A stretch of DNA of 31,475 bases, taken from Chiloscyllium plagiosum. Lineage: Eukaryota. This document shows positions 11,130-21,700 of this stretch, in pieces (the stretch's first letter is position 1; each line of letters begins with the position of its first letter). Under the pieces are notes generated by a model. The model saw only the letters and a list, made by a program, of their open reading frames with translations, was not told where the DNA came from and made no database searches. The DNA lies in contig NC_057720.1 of the NCBI RefSeq assembly GCF_004010195.1, positions 17,410,179-17,441,653 of the forward strand, written 5' to 3'. The position numbers were made by a program, and so were the translations under genes.

Positions 11130-11560
11130 GAATCATAGAATCCTTAGTGTGTAAAGAGGCTTTTCAGCCATTGATTCCATACTGACCCTCCAAACAACAT
11201 CCAATCCAGACCCAGCTCTCCACACCCCATCCCCATAACCCCCCATTTACCACGCCCAACCTGCACATACCTGAACAGTAAGGTGTAATTTAGCATGCGC
11301 ATCTTTGGACTGAGGGAAGAAACAGAAACACCCAGAGGAAACTCACGCAGACACAGTCCAAAGATATGCAGGTTAAGTGGGTTGACCATGTTAAGTTGCT
11401 CATAGTATTCAGGGATTTGTAAGTTAGGTGGATTAGCCATGGGAAATGCAGGGCTACAGGGATGGTGGGCAGGTTTGTCTGGGTGCGATGCTCTTTGGAT
11501 TGTCAGTGTGGATTTGATGGTTGAATGGCCTGCTTCCTTACTGAAGCGATTCTATGATTC
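11130..11560. mobile_element. Two 5'-truncated HE1-type SINE halves fused head-to-head (fold-back)
   Basis: Minus half 11130-11352, plus half 11353-11560; outer ends gaatcatagaatc / gattctatgattc. Confidence 0.8.
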
Positions 11561-13018
11561 TAAGTTGATTTCTAAATATAAATGCATTACCCAGGGTTGA
11601 TAATGGAGAATGGATTTCTTCTTTCTTGCATCCAGAGTCTTTAACAAACATTTGAGTTAGGTATTCACCGCCATATACAGAGGAAGTCTGTCTCAACTCT
11701 GCCATAGTCCCAATCCAGAAGGTCACCCCTTTCTCCAAGCTAACATTTTTCTCCCAATTGTCCTCATCCATCCACAGGGTAGTTTTTAAACTGTAGGCTT
11801 GTGCTTATTAGAAACTGGATTAAGATTTCTTCAGTGTGTTTTATATAAATCCCTAACAGCTTAAAGATGGGGAGCATTTACCCGAATGGTCTAGACTGGA
11901 TTTTCAACACTGGACCTTGTGGGCAAGTTTAGTAATTTCAAGTTTCAGGTGTTCTAAGATTGGCTTTTTTTATTTTAATGTTTGTGGTTGCAGTTTTCTC
12001 TATATGTCAGTATGTTTACTTTTTGGTTCCATTCTCCATATTCTTCAAAACTTATTAAAACTGATCATTAAAGTTATTTCGTGTATGATTCTGTTGAATT
12101 CCTAAAGTGACAATATCTTGTATGGCAGACTACCTCGAAGTTCAGTTACTAGAATTTTGTTTCGGTCAGTCTTTGCTTACTTGAGAAAAGTACAGTTAAT
12201 TAACGCAAAGAAATTGTTGGAAAGTAATGGGATCAGGAAGAGAATGATTCTCAGTATAATCATTACTTATCTAAAGAAATCTGTGTTCTTATTTGACATT
12301 CTTTCCACACTGAAATCAATCTGGATCTTAATGGCTAAAAAGATAAAATGCATTCAACATATGTTGGCAGTCTTCACTAGAAGTGTGAAAGATACCAATG
12401 TAAAATTGAGACCACATTAATTTTGCAGCACTAAATTAACTCTCACTTCCTTGAAAATTTATGGAAGTTACTGTGGGCAGCCCCTAATTAGTAGCAAATA
12501 GCAAATTCTCAGTCAGTTCAAAATCTTTGATTACCTGCATGAAATACTGTACAGCGTAATGTTAGAGAAAATATTTTATGGATGAGCAAGTGAATGCTAA
12601 ATTGTGGCTGAAAATTCCATCAAATGACAAACTAAAGATATTACTTCAAGATGATATTTGTCTCCCAGGGATAACACTTGTGGTATTTACAGTACCTTGA
12701 TATTGGTATTTTTGTAATGTAACTCTGAGCTCCCGTCGTCAGAAGCCTCTCAACGTTTCTTTACAAGGCTACAATGTATCAACTTTACTCTGATACAGAT
12801 TGCTGAATTTGGGGGGCATTTGCATGACCATTGATTTCAACTAATGACTCCATTAAAGGTGTCCTTTCTTAGGTTCAGAAGAGGGCTGGATGTTCAGTAC
12901 TGAGTTCAAATTAGTGATAGGATCCTCAACTGATGGTAATGGTAGCAATCAAGATGGCTTGAAATCATACAGGAAATGACTTGTCACCTTGCTGGCAGCT
13001 GCCCACAGTTATGAATTG

Positions 13019-13353
13019 TAGAATCTCCTATAGTGTGGAAGCGAGTCATTCAGCCCATCAAGTCCACATCAACCCTCTAAAGAGTGTCCCACCCAGACCC
13101 ACACCCCAACCCTATCCCTGTAACTCTGCATTCCCCATAGCTAATCTACCAAGCCTGCACATTCCTGGACACTATGGACAATTTAGTTGGCCAATCCATC
13201 TAGCCTGTACATCTTTGACTGCGGTGGAAACTGGAGTACCTGGAGGAAGCCCACAAATTCACTGGGAGAATGAGCAAACTCCACAGACGGTTGCCCAAGG
13301 AATTGAACCCAGGTCTCTGCAGCTGTGAGGCAGCAGTGCTAGCCATAACGCCC
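13019..13353 (-). mobile_element. HE1-type V-SINE
   Basis: Full head-V-tail organisation on the minus strand. Confidence 0.88.
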
Positions 13354-13481
13354 TATTAATGGATTAATAGATTATATCATAGATAATCTTGTACAGCCTC
13401 TTGTCTGTGATAAGAAATTTTTCAATCAACTTGCCATAAAATTTTGAATTTGCTGCATTTGTTTTAAGTGTCTATGTTGTG

Positions 13482-13838
13482 GAGGTGGTACCACAGTGAT
13501 AATGCACTGGAGTTGTAACCTAGATCCCCAGCCCATCATTCTTGGGATGCCTGTTTAAACCCCACATGTGGAATTTGCATTCCATAAAAAAATAAGTTAA
13601 AAGCTGGCCTAATAACCATGTAACTATTACCAATTATTGTAAAAGCTATCTGGTTCACTAATGACCTTTTATGGAAGGTAACGTCACTTTGAGCTGGTTC
13701 CAGATCCACATTAGTGTGGTTGACTCCTTACTGCCTTCTGAAATGGCACAAGCCACTCCATTCAAGGGTAATTAGGAATGAGCAATAAATCCTGCATTAA
13801 CGATGATGCCCAGATCCTGAGAGAAAAAAGGAATAAAA
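13482..13838 (+). mobile_element. Older tRNA-derived SINE sharing its 3' tail with the L2/Crack-like LINE
   Basis: Decayed A/B boxes; tail gggtaattaggaatgagcaataaat...gcccagatcctga. Confidence 0.65.
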
Positions 13839-13894
13839 AGTGCTTCACAGCAATGATGCATCAAATTACTAATGTGTATTTTTAATTTAAAAAT

Positions 13895-14160
13895 ATGGTA
13901 GCCACTTTAAGCATAGCAAGCTTTCACAAACAGTAATTTAATAAATTACTAGTCATGTGTCAACTAAGGATAAACAATGGACAAGACCTCTATCTTTTGT
14001 CAATAGTGCAACTTTATATGGCCTCAGTAATGTTGATCCAAACAACAGCACCTCTGATTAGTGCAATGTATTCATATAGTCAGTGTTGTCTAGCGTAAAT
14101 CTACAGGAATAAGACTTGAACCGACAATCTTATGACTCAAGTGGGAATATGATCACTGAG
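13895..14160 (-). mobile_element. Ancient Deu-domain-like SINE relic
   Basis: gcaagctttcacaaacag and acagcacctctga...gacttgaaccgacaatctt remnants. Confidence 0.45.
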
Positions 14161-14274
14161 ACATGTACGTGTGTTATGTGTAGTTGTAGATGCCTCTAGT
14201 TACAGCTGGTTGCTTGATACAATGCACATTTTATGATAAGATCATGGTTTTTCCTGTTAACCTTTAGTCATTAT

Positions 14275-14725
14275 TTTAAAATCCATTTATGGGATATGAC
14301 CATCACTGGTTGTGTCAGCATTTATTGCCCATCTCTAATCTTCCTGTGTCTGAGTGGCCTGCCTAGCCCGTTTGAGAAAGCTATTAAATATGCTGAGAGA
14401 CTGGAGACAAACATAAACTCAGCCAGGCAAAGAAGGATATTAGTGAATCAATCAGCTTTTACAAAAGTCGACAGTGGTTATGCAGTCACCATTAAACCAG
14501 CTTGTATTTCAAGACTTTTACTGAATTGAAACTCCATCTTCTATGGTGGGATTAGAATCCTTGTCCCACAACATTAGCTTGGGCATCTTGAGTTGTTTAA
14601 AAATGTGTTGCTGGAAAAGCGCAGCAGGCCAGGCAGCATCAAAGGAACAGGAGAATCGACATTTCGGGCATAAGCCCTTCTTCAGGAATCTTGAGTTGTT
14701 AGTGACTTTACCTTAATGCTACTGT
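14275..14725 (-). mobile_element. Older tRNA-derived SINE (related to 13482-13838) hosting a PLE micro-insertion
   Basis: cagcatttattgcccatc tail; ggtgggattagaatcc B-box remnant. Confidence 0.6.
14598..14687 (-). mobile_element. About 90-bp PLE-derived insertion carrying a hammerhead motif, 13-bp TSD
   Basis: atcttgagttgtt at 14585-14597 and 14688-14700; reverse complement ctgaaga-a-gggc-ttat-gccc-gaaat-gtc. Confidence 0.87.
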
Positions 14726-14959
14726 GTCTCCCTCTCTACATTTGCAGCAAAAGTAAAATTTATTATAACAACATAACTAGAATTTGTCATTTTAAAGTGT
14801 ACACTGTACTATAATGTTACAGTTTAGGTCTAAAATGTTTTATAAATGGGTTTTGAAACTGACTATCTGAATTATAGACCTAGACCTTAATCCTTAAAGT
14901 ATGTAACATTGAATAAATATATTCACTGTATATTGAAGTAGTTTAAGGAGGGCTACCTA

Positions 14960-15322
14960 GGGGTGGTATGGTGGCTCAGTGGTTAGCACCGCTACCACAC
15001 AGTGCCAAGAACCCAGGTTTTATTCCACCCTCAAGGGACTTCCTTTGTGAAGTTTGCACGTTTTCCCTTGTTTATGTGGGTTTCCTCCAGGTGGTCCAGT
15101 TTCCCCCCTCAATCCAAAGATGTGCAGGTTAGGTGGATTGGCCATGCTAAGTTACCCACAGTGTCCATGGATGTGCAGGCTAGGTGGATTAGCAGTGAAA
15201 AATGAATGGTTACAGGGATAGAGTAGGAGGAATGGGTCTGGGTCGAATGCTCTTTGGATGGCTGGTGTGGAGCAGATGGGCTGAATGGCCTCCTTCCACG
15301 CTGTAGGGATTCTATCTATCTA
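14960..15322 (+). mobile_element. HE1-type V-SINE
   Basis: gtggctcagtggttagc head, V-domain, ...gtagggattctat tail. Confidence 0.88.
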
Positions 15323-15874
15323 TGGTTCTCTGATCATCCACTATCACTTGTGATCTATATTAAAGCTGGCTAATGGCTAAGTGTGACTTGCGAATTCCAG
15401 TTAGTTTGTGTACACCAGAACAATGCTTCACTATCCAAAATGTGTTAAATTTGAATGTAGCTCACTTAACTTTATTTTGTTTTCAGCACTTTCATATTGT
15501 TAAATGATAATTTGGTATTCCTTAAATATTTTAACTATAATGTCTTCATGTCACTTTTCCTGTCCATTGTTTTTTTTAATTGTGTATCCTAAAAAAAAAT
15601 GAGTAGACAATATGGAAATGTACTAAAAAAAGGTGTAAAGAAACTCTTGCATGTCCATGTAGAGACAAAGTTGGACTCTGGCTGTTTCATTCCAAGTGTT
15701 TGCCCAATGGGCAAATAATCCACCATAGAATGGGTGAATTCTGTTGCAGCATTCAATGATGTATTGTGCTATTTTGTTATAGACCTACTTTTGGGCAGCT
15801 TGAATAGGAAAAGGGAAGATAGATCCCTTTGCCTTTGCATTGCATGCCCCCGCTTCCTCCAGAAAATAATTAAT

Positions 15875-16470
15875 TTGAGTATAAGAGAGCTAGCAGGTTA
15901 TGTTAAAATTGTACAAGACTTTGGTTTGGCCGTATTTAGAATATTGTGTACAGTTCTGGTCGCCACATTACCAAAGGATGTGGATGCTTTGGAGAGGGTG
16001 CAGAGATGGTTTATGAGGATGTTGCCTGGTATGGAAGATCCTAGCTATGAAAGGAGGTTGAGTGGGTTACGATTGTTTCCATTAGCAAAAAGGAGATTGA
16101 GAAGGGACCTGATTGAGGTCTACAAAATCATGAAGGGTGTAGACAGGGTGGATAGACTTGAGCTTTTTCACAGGGTGGGGGATTCAATAATGATAGGTCA
16201 CGTGCTGAAGGTGAGAGGAGAAAAGTTTAAGGGGGATACATATGGAAAGTACTTTACACAAGGATGTTAGATGCCTGGAACACGTTGCCAGCAGAGGCAG
16301 GCACGGTAGATTCATTTAAGATGCGTCTGGACATATGAATGAGTAGGTGGGGAGCAGAGGGATACAGATGCTTGGGGATCGGGTGATAGGTTTAGACAGT
16401 GGATTTGGATCGGCTCAGACTTGGAGGACCAAAGAGCCTGTTCCTGGACTGTAAATTTTCTTTGTTCTAT
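15875..16470 (+). mobile_element. CR1/HER1 LINE 3' end
   Basis: KDVDALERVQRWFMRMLPGM...RRLRRDLIEVYKIMKGVDRVD, followed by 3' UTR. Confidence 0.92.
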
Positions 16471-16476
16471 AAACCT

Positions 16477-16637
16477 TTTAACAAATGCATGCTCTTTTTA
16501 ACAGACATGCTCTTTTTAACAGACATCCTTTTTTTAACAGACATCCTTTTTTTAACAGACATCCTTTTTTTAACAGACATCCTCTTTTAACAGACATCCT
16601 CTTTTAACAGACATCCTCTTTTAACAGACATCCTCTC
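16477..16637 (+). repeat. 17-18 bp minisatellite
   Basis: Eight aacagacat cores (16500, 16518, 16536, 16554, 16572, 16589, 16606, 16623) plus one degenerate unit. Confidence 0.95.
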
Positions 16638-17042
16638 CTGAAAGCATATTCTGGGATCCAGTTTGGTGAACACATTTCAGTTCCTTGTCTAGTTGACCAT
16701 TATGATGTGTTGGCCTCCACCAGTTAAACTGTCATGGTTACATAACCTTGTGTCACTCAAACAGCCACCCTTGCTGATTACAGTGCCCCAGTTGTACACT
16801 GTACAGATCACACAAGTATCTTCCTTGTCAATGTGATGAAAAGGAGACTGAAATATTGAGCCAAACACATTTTTTTAAAAATTGAATTATACACTACCAC
16901 TTAGTCTGAAGGGTTTTTGGGATTTCAGATTTTCATTACCTTGTAAAAGTAGAAATTGCCATCCATAAGTTGTACCAATGTATTCTTGATTTTACTTTCA
17001 TGAATTTAACGTTCAGTGTTATTCTCAACTTTATTTCTGCAG

Positions 17043-17101
17043 AAAAATCATCAAAGCAGAAATGGAGCAAAAGTAAGGTTCTTGCTGTTGAAGAAAGAAA
17101 G
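17043..17101 (+). CDS. BRDT: BRDT exon, C-terminal extension
   Basis: tttatttctgcag| phase 1, matching the donor at 2358; aag|gtaact. EKSSKQKWSKSKVLAVEERK. Confidence 0.75.
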
Positions 17102-17187
17102 GTAACTTAGATTTTTTAATGTCAGTGGTGTAGAATTTGATCACTTTTGTATTTGGTCTTTTCAACTAACTTTTTCCTTTTTAAAAG

Positions 17188-17404
17188 CACAACCATCTAA
17201 ATTTCAAGATGAAATATTCTTCGCAGCAATCAGCATTGAATACTAGTCAAGTGCAGCCATTGCCTGGTTATAAGGTACCAGATTCCCAGCAGATGCATAG
17301 ACAATCTGCTTTGTTCAGTAGTCAGCAAACAAAGATACAGCTTTCTAAGTCTCAGCAACTTGTGTCATTAAAAGAGCCAGCACGGATCATTATTTCACCT
17401 CAAG
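17188..17404 (+). CDS. BRDT: BRDT exon, Gln/Ser-rich linker
   Basis: ctaac branch point, pyrimidine tract and aag| (phase 0); caag|gtaatg. HNHLNFKMKYSSQQSALNTSQVQPLPGYKVPDSQQ...EPARIIISPQ. Confidence 0.8.
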
Positions 17405-17704
17405 GTAATGATTTTGCTTTGTTATAGTCAGTTTGAGTTCTATTATGGAGTATGATTTGAAGATTTAATAGGATGAGCTGATATGCTTTGCATTTTTAAA
17501 TTTGCAACTTTATTACAACAAAAAGCTGTAAATTATTCCAATTTCAGAAGACATTTCAAGGCCCTTACCAATTAACTCTTTCAGTAATGATTATACTTTC
17601 TACTTTAACATCAGAGCAAATTATGTTGCCCAATTTGTTTGCATCTAGTGAAAATTTAGCTTTAGTGGTAGCAAAAGTCAAATTTTGTAGAAGGTAGAAA
17701 TCTT

Positions 17705-18017
17705 AAATACAAACAGAAGTGCTGGAGAAATCCAACAAGTCTGGTAGCACCAGTGGAAAGATCTCCTCTCCCTGTCAAGTGTTTTTAAAAAAACACAATT
17801 TTCTAGCTCCTTTCAGTTCTGAAGCAGTCATGCAGGACCCAAAACATTAATTTTGTTTCTCTCTCTGCAGATACTGCTAGATATGCTGAGTTTCTCCAAC
17901 ATGTTTTGTTTTTGAGGGATGATGGTTTGAATCTGACGGAGTAGCGCTTTGAAAACTAGTGATTTTAAATAAACCTGTTGGGCTATAACATGGTGTTGTG
18001 TGACTTCTAACTTCGTC
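17705..18017 (+). mobile_element. Two adjacent old PLE pLTR relics with decayed HHR motifs
   Basis: Inverted arms 17705-17760 / 17850-17913 around ctgaagcagtc...gacccaaaacatt; second family ctgacggagtagcgctttgaaaacta...aataaacctgttgg at 17933-18017. Confidence 0.65.
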
Positions 18018-18208
18018 ATTTGTTTGTGGAATGTAGGTGTCACTGTCATTTGACTTATTATCCTTCCTTAATTGCCCTGACGAAGTTGGTAATGAGTTGT
18101 TTTATCTTAAACTGTTGTTGTCCATGGCGCAGATAGACCCACAGTGCTGTCCAAAAGGACAGTCCAAGATTTGGGAGGTAGTCATTCCATTCTTGAAATA
18201 ATGATGAT

Positions 18209-19600
18209 GATAGAACATAGATCAGCATAGGAGTGGCCCTTCGCTGCACAATGTGCCAAATATGACACCAAATTAAATTAATACCTTCTGCCTGCCCTTG
18301 GTCCATATCACTCCATTCCTTGAATATTCATGTGCTTATCGAAAAGTCCATTAAATGCCCCAATCATATCTGCCTCATCCACCACCCCTGGCAGTGTGTT
18401 ACAGCCATCTATCACACTTTTTTTAAAAAAAACACTTTTTTTCCTTCACAGCTCCTTTCGAATGCTTCTCCCCCTCACCTAAAATACATGCCACCTAGTA
18501 TTAGACATTTCAACTCTAGGATAACATTTGTCAACCCTATCTATGCATCTCATAACTTTTATAGACTTCTATCAAGTCTCCCCTCAGCCTCTGCCACTCC
18601 GTAGAAAGCAACCCTAGTTTTTCTAGCCTCTCCTTTATAGCTCATAACCTCTAATCCAGGCAGCGTCCTAATAAGTCTCTTCTGCACTCTCACCAAACCC
18701 TCTACATCCATCCTATAGTGTGTCAACCAGACTTGAATACAATATTCTGTGTGGCCTAACCAAAGTCATGTAAAGCTGCAATATGATATCCTGACTCTTG
18801 AATTCAATGCCCTGACCAATAAAGGCAAGCACGCCATATGCTTCCTTTACCACCCTACCTACCTGCATGGCCACTTTGAGGGAGTTATGGACTTGAACCC
18901 CAAGATCCCTCTAGATCAGTGCTATTCAGGATCCTACTATTAACTGTAAGCTTTTTCTTAATTGTTTCCTTAACATTCTGGTCTCCTTCCTATTGGAAGG
19001 ATGTAGTGAAACTTGAAAGGGTTCAAAAAGATTTACAAGGATGTTGAGCTATAGAGAAGTAGTTGAATAGAATGGGACTGTTTTTCCTGGAGCGTCGGAG
19101 GCTGAGGGGTGACCTTATAGAGGTTTTTAAAATGAGGGGTGTGGATAGGATAAATGGACAAAGTCTTTTCCCTGGGTTCAGTGATAGGGTTTAGGGTGAG
19201 AGGGAAAAGATATGGAAGAGACCTACAGGGCAACTTTTTCACAGTGTGGTATGTGTATGGAATGAGCTGCCAGAGGAAGTGGTGGAGGCTGGTACAATTG
19301 CAATATATAAAAGGCATTTGGATGGGTATATGAATAGGAAGGGTTTGGAGGGATATGGGCCGGGTGCTGGCAGGTGGCACTAGATTAGGTTGGGATATCT
19401 TGTCAGCTTGGACGAGTTGGACCGAAGGATCTGTTTTCGTGTTGTGCATCTCTCTGACTGTATTTGCTCTCTCAAAGTGCAGCACCTCACACTTGCCTGG
19501 CTTGACCTCCATCTGACATTTCTCCACCCAAGTCTATAATTGATCTATATTCTGCTGTACCCTTTGACAACCTTCTATATTATCCAGAACTCCACTGATC
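18209..19600 (-). mobile_element. CR1 LINE fragment (minus), interrupted by a younger plus-strand CR1
   Basis: CR1 tail at 18209; resumes after 19462 with CQMEVKPGKCEVLHF. Confidence 0.8.
18976..19460 (+). mobile_element. CR1/HER1 LINE 3' end
   Basis: Highly similar to 22475-22940. Confidence 0.9.
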
Positions 19601-20215
19601 TTTGAGCTTTATTTAAACTTTAATCTTCTTTGATTACTTGGCCTTTTGGGCTGAATTTCAAATCTATTTAATGTCTGAGGTTGGCAATGAGAAAAATTCA
19701 CTGAATTTGCAATTTGGGTAGAAGAAGTTTTGTAATTTTTGTGAGGATGACCACTCTTGCTCTGTAGGCTGAAGTAAAAACATTGGATGGAATCTTGTAG
19801 AGGGGCATCTCAGTGATATGGGCTAAAGCAAGATCTATGGCAGAATTGGGTGACGTGCATTGAGGCCCATCTTGACATGGTGATCATCTCACTCCATCAT
19901 TTGAGCTTTTCGCAGGCACCATGGCATGATTCTCAACACTCAGCAGTGAGATGCCAACAACAAACCAGCGCATCCTCCTGGCAGAAGCAGCTCATCACTG
20001 GCTCCAAACAGCCCATTGCGCACACTAGGCAGCAGCTGCTGGAGGCATGATGCATGGATGCCAGTCGTAAATGCCTCTTGTCCAGTGGTATCCAACACCT
20101 GCCAGCCATCATGGCATCTCCTTGACAGAATGGCGGGGCTCTCACAAGGTAGAGATGGAAATGTGTTGCTGGAGAAGCGCAGCAGGTCAGGCAGCATCCA
20201 GGGAACAGGAGAATC

Positions 20216-20243
20216 GACGTTTCGGGCATTAGCCCTTCTTCAG
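20216..20243 (-). ncRNA. Minimal type I hammerhead ribozyme motif (PLE-associated)
   Basis: Reverse complement CUGAAGA-A-GGGC-UAAU-GCCC-GAAAC-GUC. Confidence 0.75.
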
Positions 20244-20315
20244 GAATGAGGAAAGTTTGTCCAGCAGGCTAAGATAAAAGATAGGGAGGAGGGACTTGGG
20301 GGAGGGGCGTCGGAA

Positions 20316-20430
20316 NNNNNNNNNNNNNNNNNNNNNNNNNNNNNNNNNNNNNNNNNNNNNNNNNNNNNNNNNNNNNNNNNNNNNNNNNNNNNNNNNNNNN
20401 NNNNNNNNNNNNNNNNNNNNNNNNNNNNNN
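20316..20430. other. Assembly gap (115 N)
   Basis: Run of N between the inverted arms. Confidence 1.
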
Positions 20431-20636
20431 CCTTCATAATTTTATATGTTTATACAAGATCCGCCCCCCTCATTCTTCTGAATTCCAATGACTATAATCC
20501 CAGTCTACTCAGCCTCTCCTCATAAGCCAATCCCCTCAACTCCGGAATCAACCTAGTGAACCTCCTCTGCACCCCCTCCAGTGCCAGTACATCCTTTCTT
20601 AATTAAGGAAACTAAATCTGCACACAGTACTCCAGG
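20431..20636 (-). mobile_element. CR1 ORF2 fragment located between the PLE arms
   Basis: Reverse complement encodes LEYCVQI...KDVLALEGVQRRFTRLIPELRGLAYEERLSRLGL. Confidence 0.85.
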
Positions 20637-20752
20637 TCTGTCCTATCACCCTCACCTTGACCTTTTTCCACCTATCACATTTCCGACGCCCCTCCCGCAA
20701 GTCCCTCCTCCCTATCTTTTATCTTAGCCTGCTGGACAAACTTTCCTCATTC

Positions 20753-20780
20753 CTGAAGAAGGGCTAATGCCCGAAACGTC
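20753..20780 (+). ncRNA. Minimal type I hammerhead ribozyme motif (PLE-associated), sense to BRDT
   Basis: CUGAAGA (20753-59), A, helix II GGGC-UAAU-GCCC, GAAAC, GUC cleavage triplet ending at 20780; helix I is weak. Confidence 0.75.
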
Positions 20781-21586
20781 GATTCTCCTGTTCCCTAGAT
20801 GCTGCCTGACCTGCTGCGCTTCTCCAGCAACACATTTCCATCTCTAATCTCCAGCATCTGCAGACCTCATTTTCTCTCACAAGGTAGAGGCAGGCATACT
20901 ATGGTGCTGCAAGGCACTTTTCACAGATGGACGGAGCCCAACTCGCAGAGTGGACCAAGCTGTATTTGAGGGCTGCTTCTTTGTGTTCTCCGTGCTTGCT
21001 CATTTTGCACCTACCTGCCAAAGGCTGTCATTACTACTCTTTAAGAGGCTTTATTAGCACAGCTGCACTCAGTATTGGAATTTCTTTTTGGAGGAGGGAG
21101 TAGAGAAGGCACATCTTGTTGTACAGTACATTGACATGGCAAAGTAACACCTGCATGTGCCAGCTGTCTGAGCAGCAAGTACACTGTTTATTCAGTCAAA
21201 TGGGCATGGCAGAAACTGCTGGGAGCTAATTCTCAGTCGGTCAAGGGGATTGTTGGTACCGTCAGTCATGGGTACAGTCCACACAGTCTCTTTTTTTTAT
21301 GATTCTGTTACAATCAGTCATCTGTTGGAATGTGCAAGGTCTGAGAATCTGTCCCAGCACAGTTCAGAGAGAGGGGGTGGTTTGTCATGGGTCTGGTCAG
21401 TCATGTCCAGGGACTGTTCGGCAGTGTTGGTCACAGGTCAGAGATGATTACAGTCTTGGTGTCTAATTGTCAGCATTTCTGAAGGGTTGAGGGGTGTAGG
21501 GGTATTTGGAGCTGCAGGGGAATCAATCATAGGGGAAAGAGTTGAGGCAGTTGGATGAAGGTACAGGGATGGTAAAGCCGAAACAC

Positions 21587-21700
21587 TTATAGTTATGAGG
21601 ATAAACGTAGTGACGAAAACTCGGGAAATCAACTTCCCAGCTTGGCGAGCATACCCATAACTATAACAACTGGCACCCGAGCTACTGATCTTAATGCAAA
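21587..21700 (+). mobile_element. Poseidon-type PLE 3' tail with short inverted 5' piece
   Basis: gtgacgaaa...ccagcttggcgagc...cgagctac resembles 7786-7865; ttatagttatg / cataactataa inverted pair. Confidence 0.55.

Larger units (their letters stand above)
20155..20873 (+). mobile_element. Young PLE (Neptune-type pLTR) insertion with near-perfect inverted arms and 16-bp TSD
   Basis: ctctcacaaggtagag at 20139-20154 and 20874-20889; 20150-20315 is the reverse complement of 20681-20846 with two mismatches seen. Confidence 0.9.

Noticed and set aside
15734..16270. Longest ORF (178 aa) as a host gene
   Set aside because: It is a CR1 ORF2 C-terminal remnant joined to flanking sequence.
16399..16590. 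ORF with LFLTDI repeats; possible CRISPR-like array
   Set aside because: It is the translation of an 18-bp minisatellite with no unique spacers, in a eukaryotic context.
17073..17078. Consensus-like donor a|gtaagg inside the 17043 exon
   Set aside because: Phase 1, incompatible with the phase-0 exon at 17188; the donor at 17102 keeps the frame.
19786..21090. GC-richer block hosting the young PLE, with several short ORFs
   Set aside because: Probably an old interspersed repeat, but I could not define its termini or family; the ORFs have no credible splice sites.
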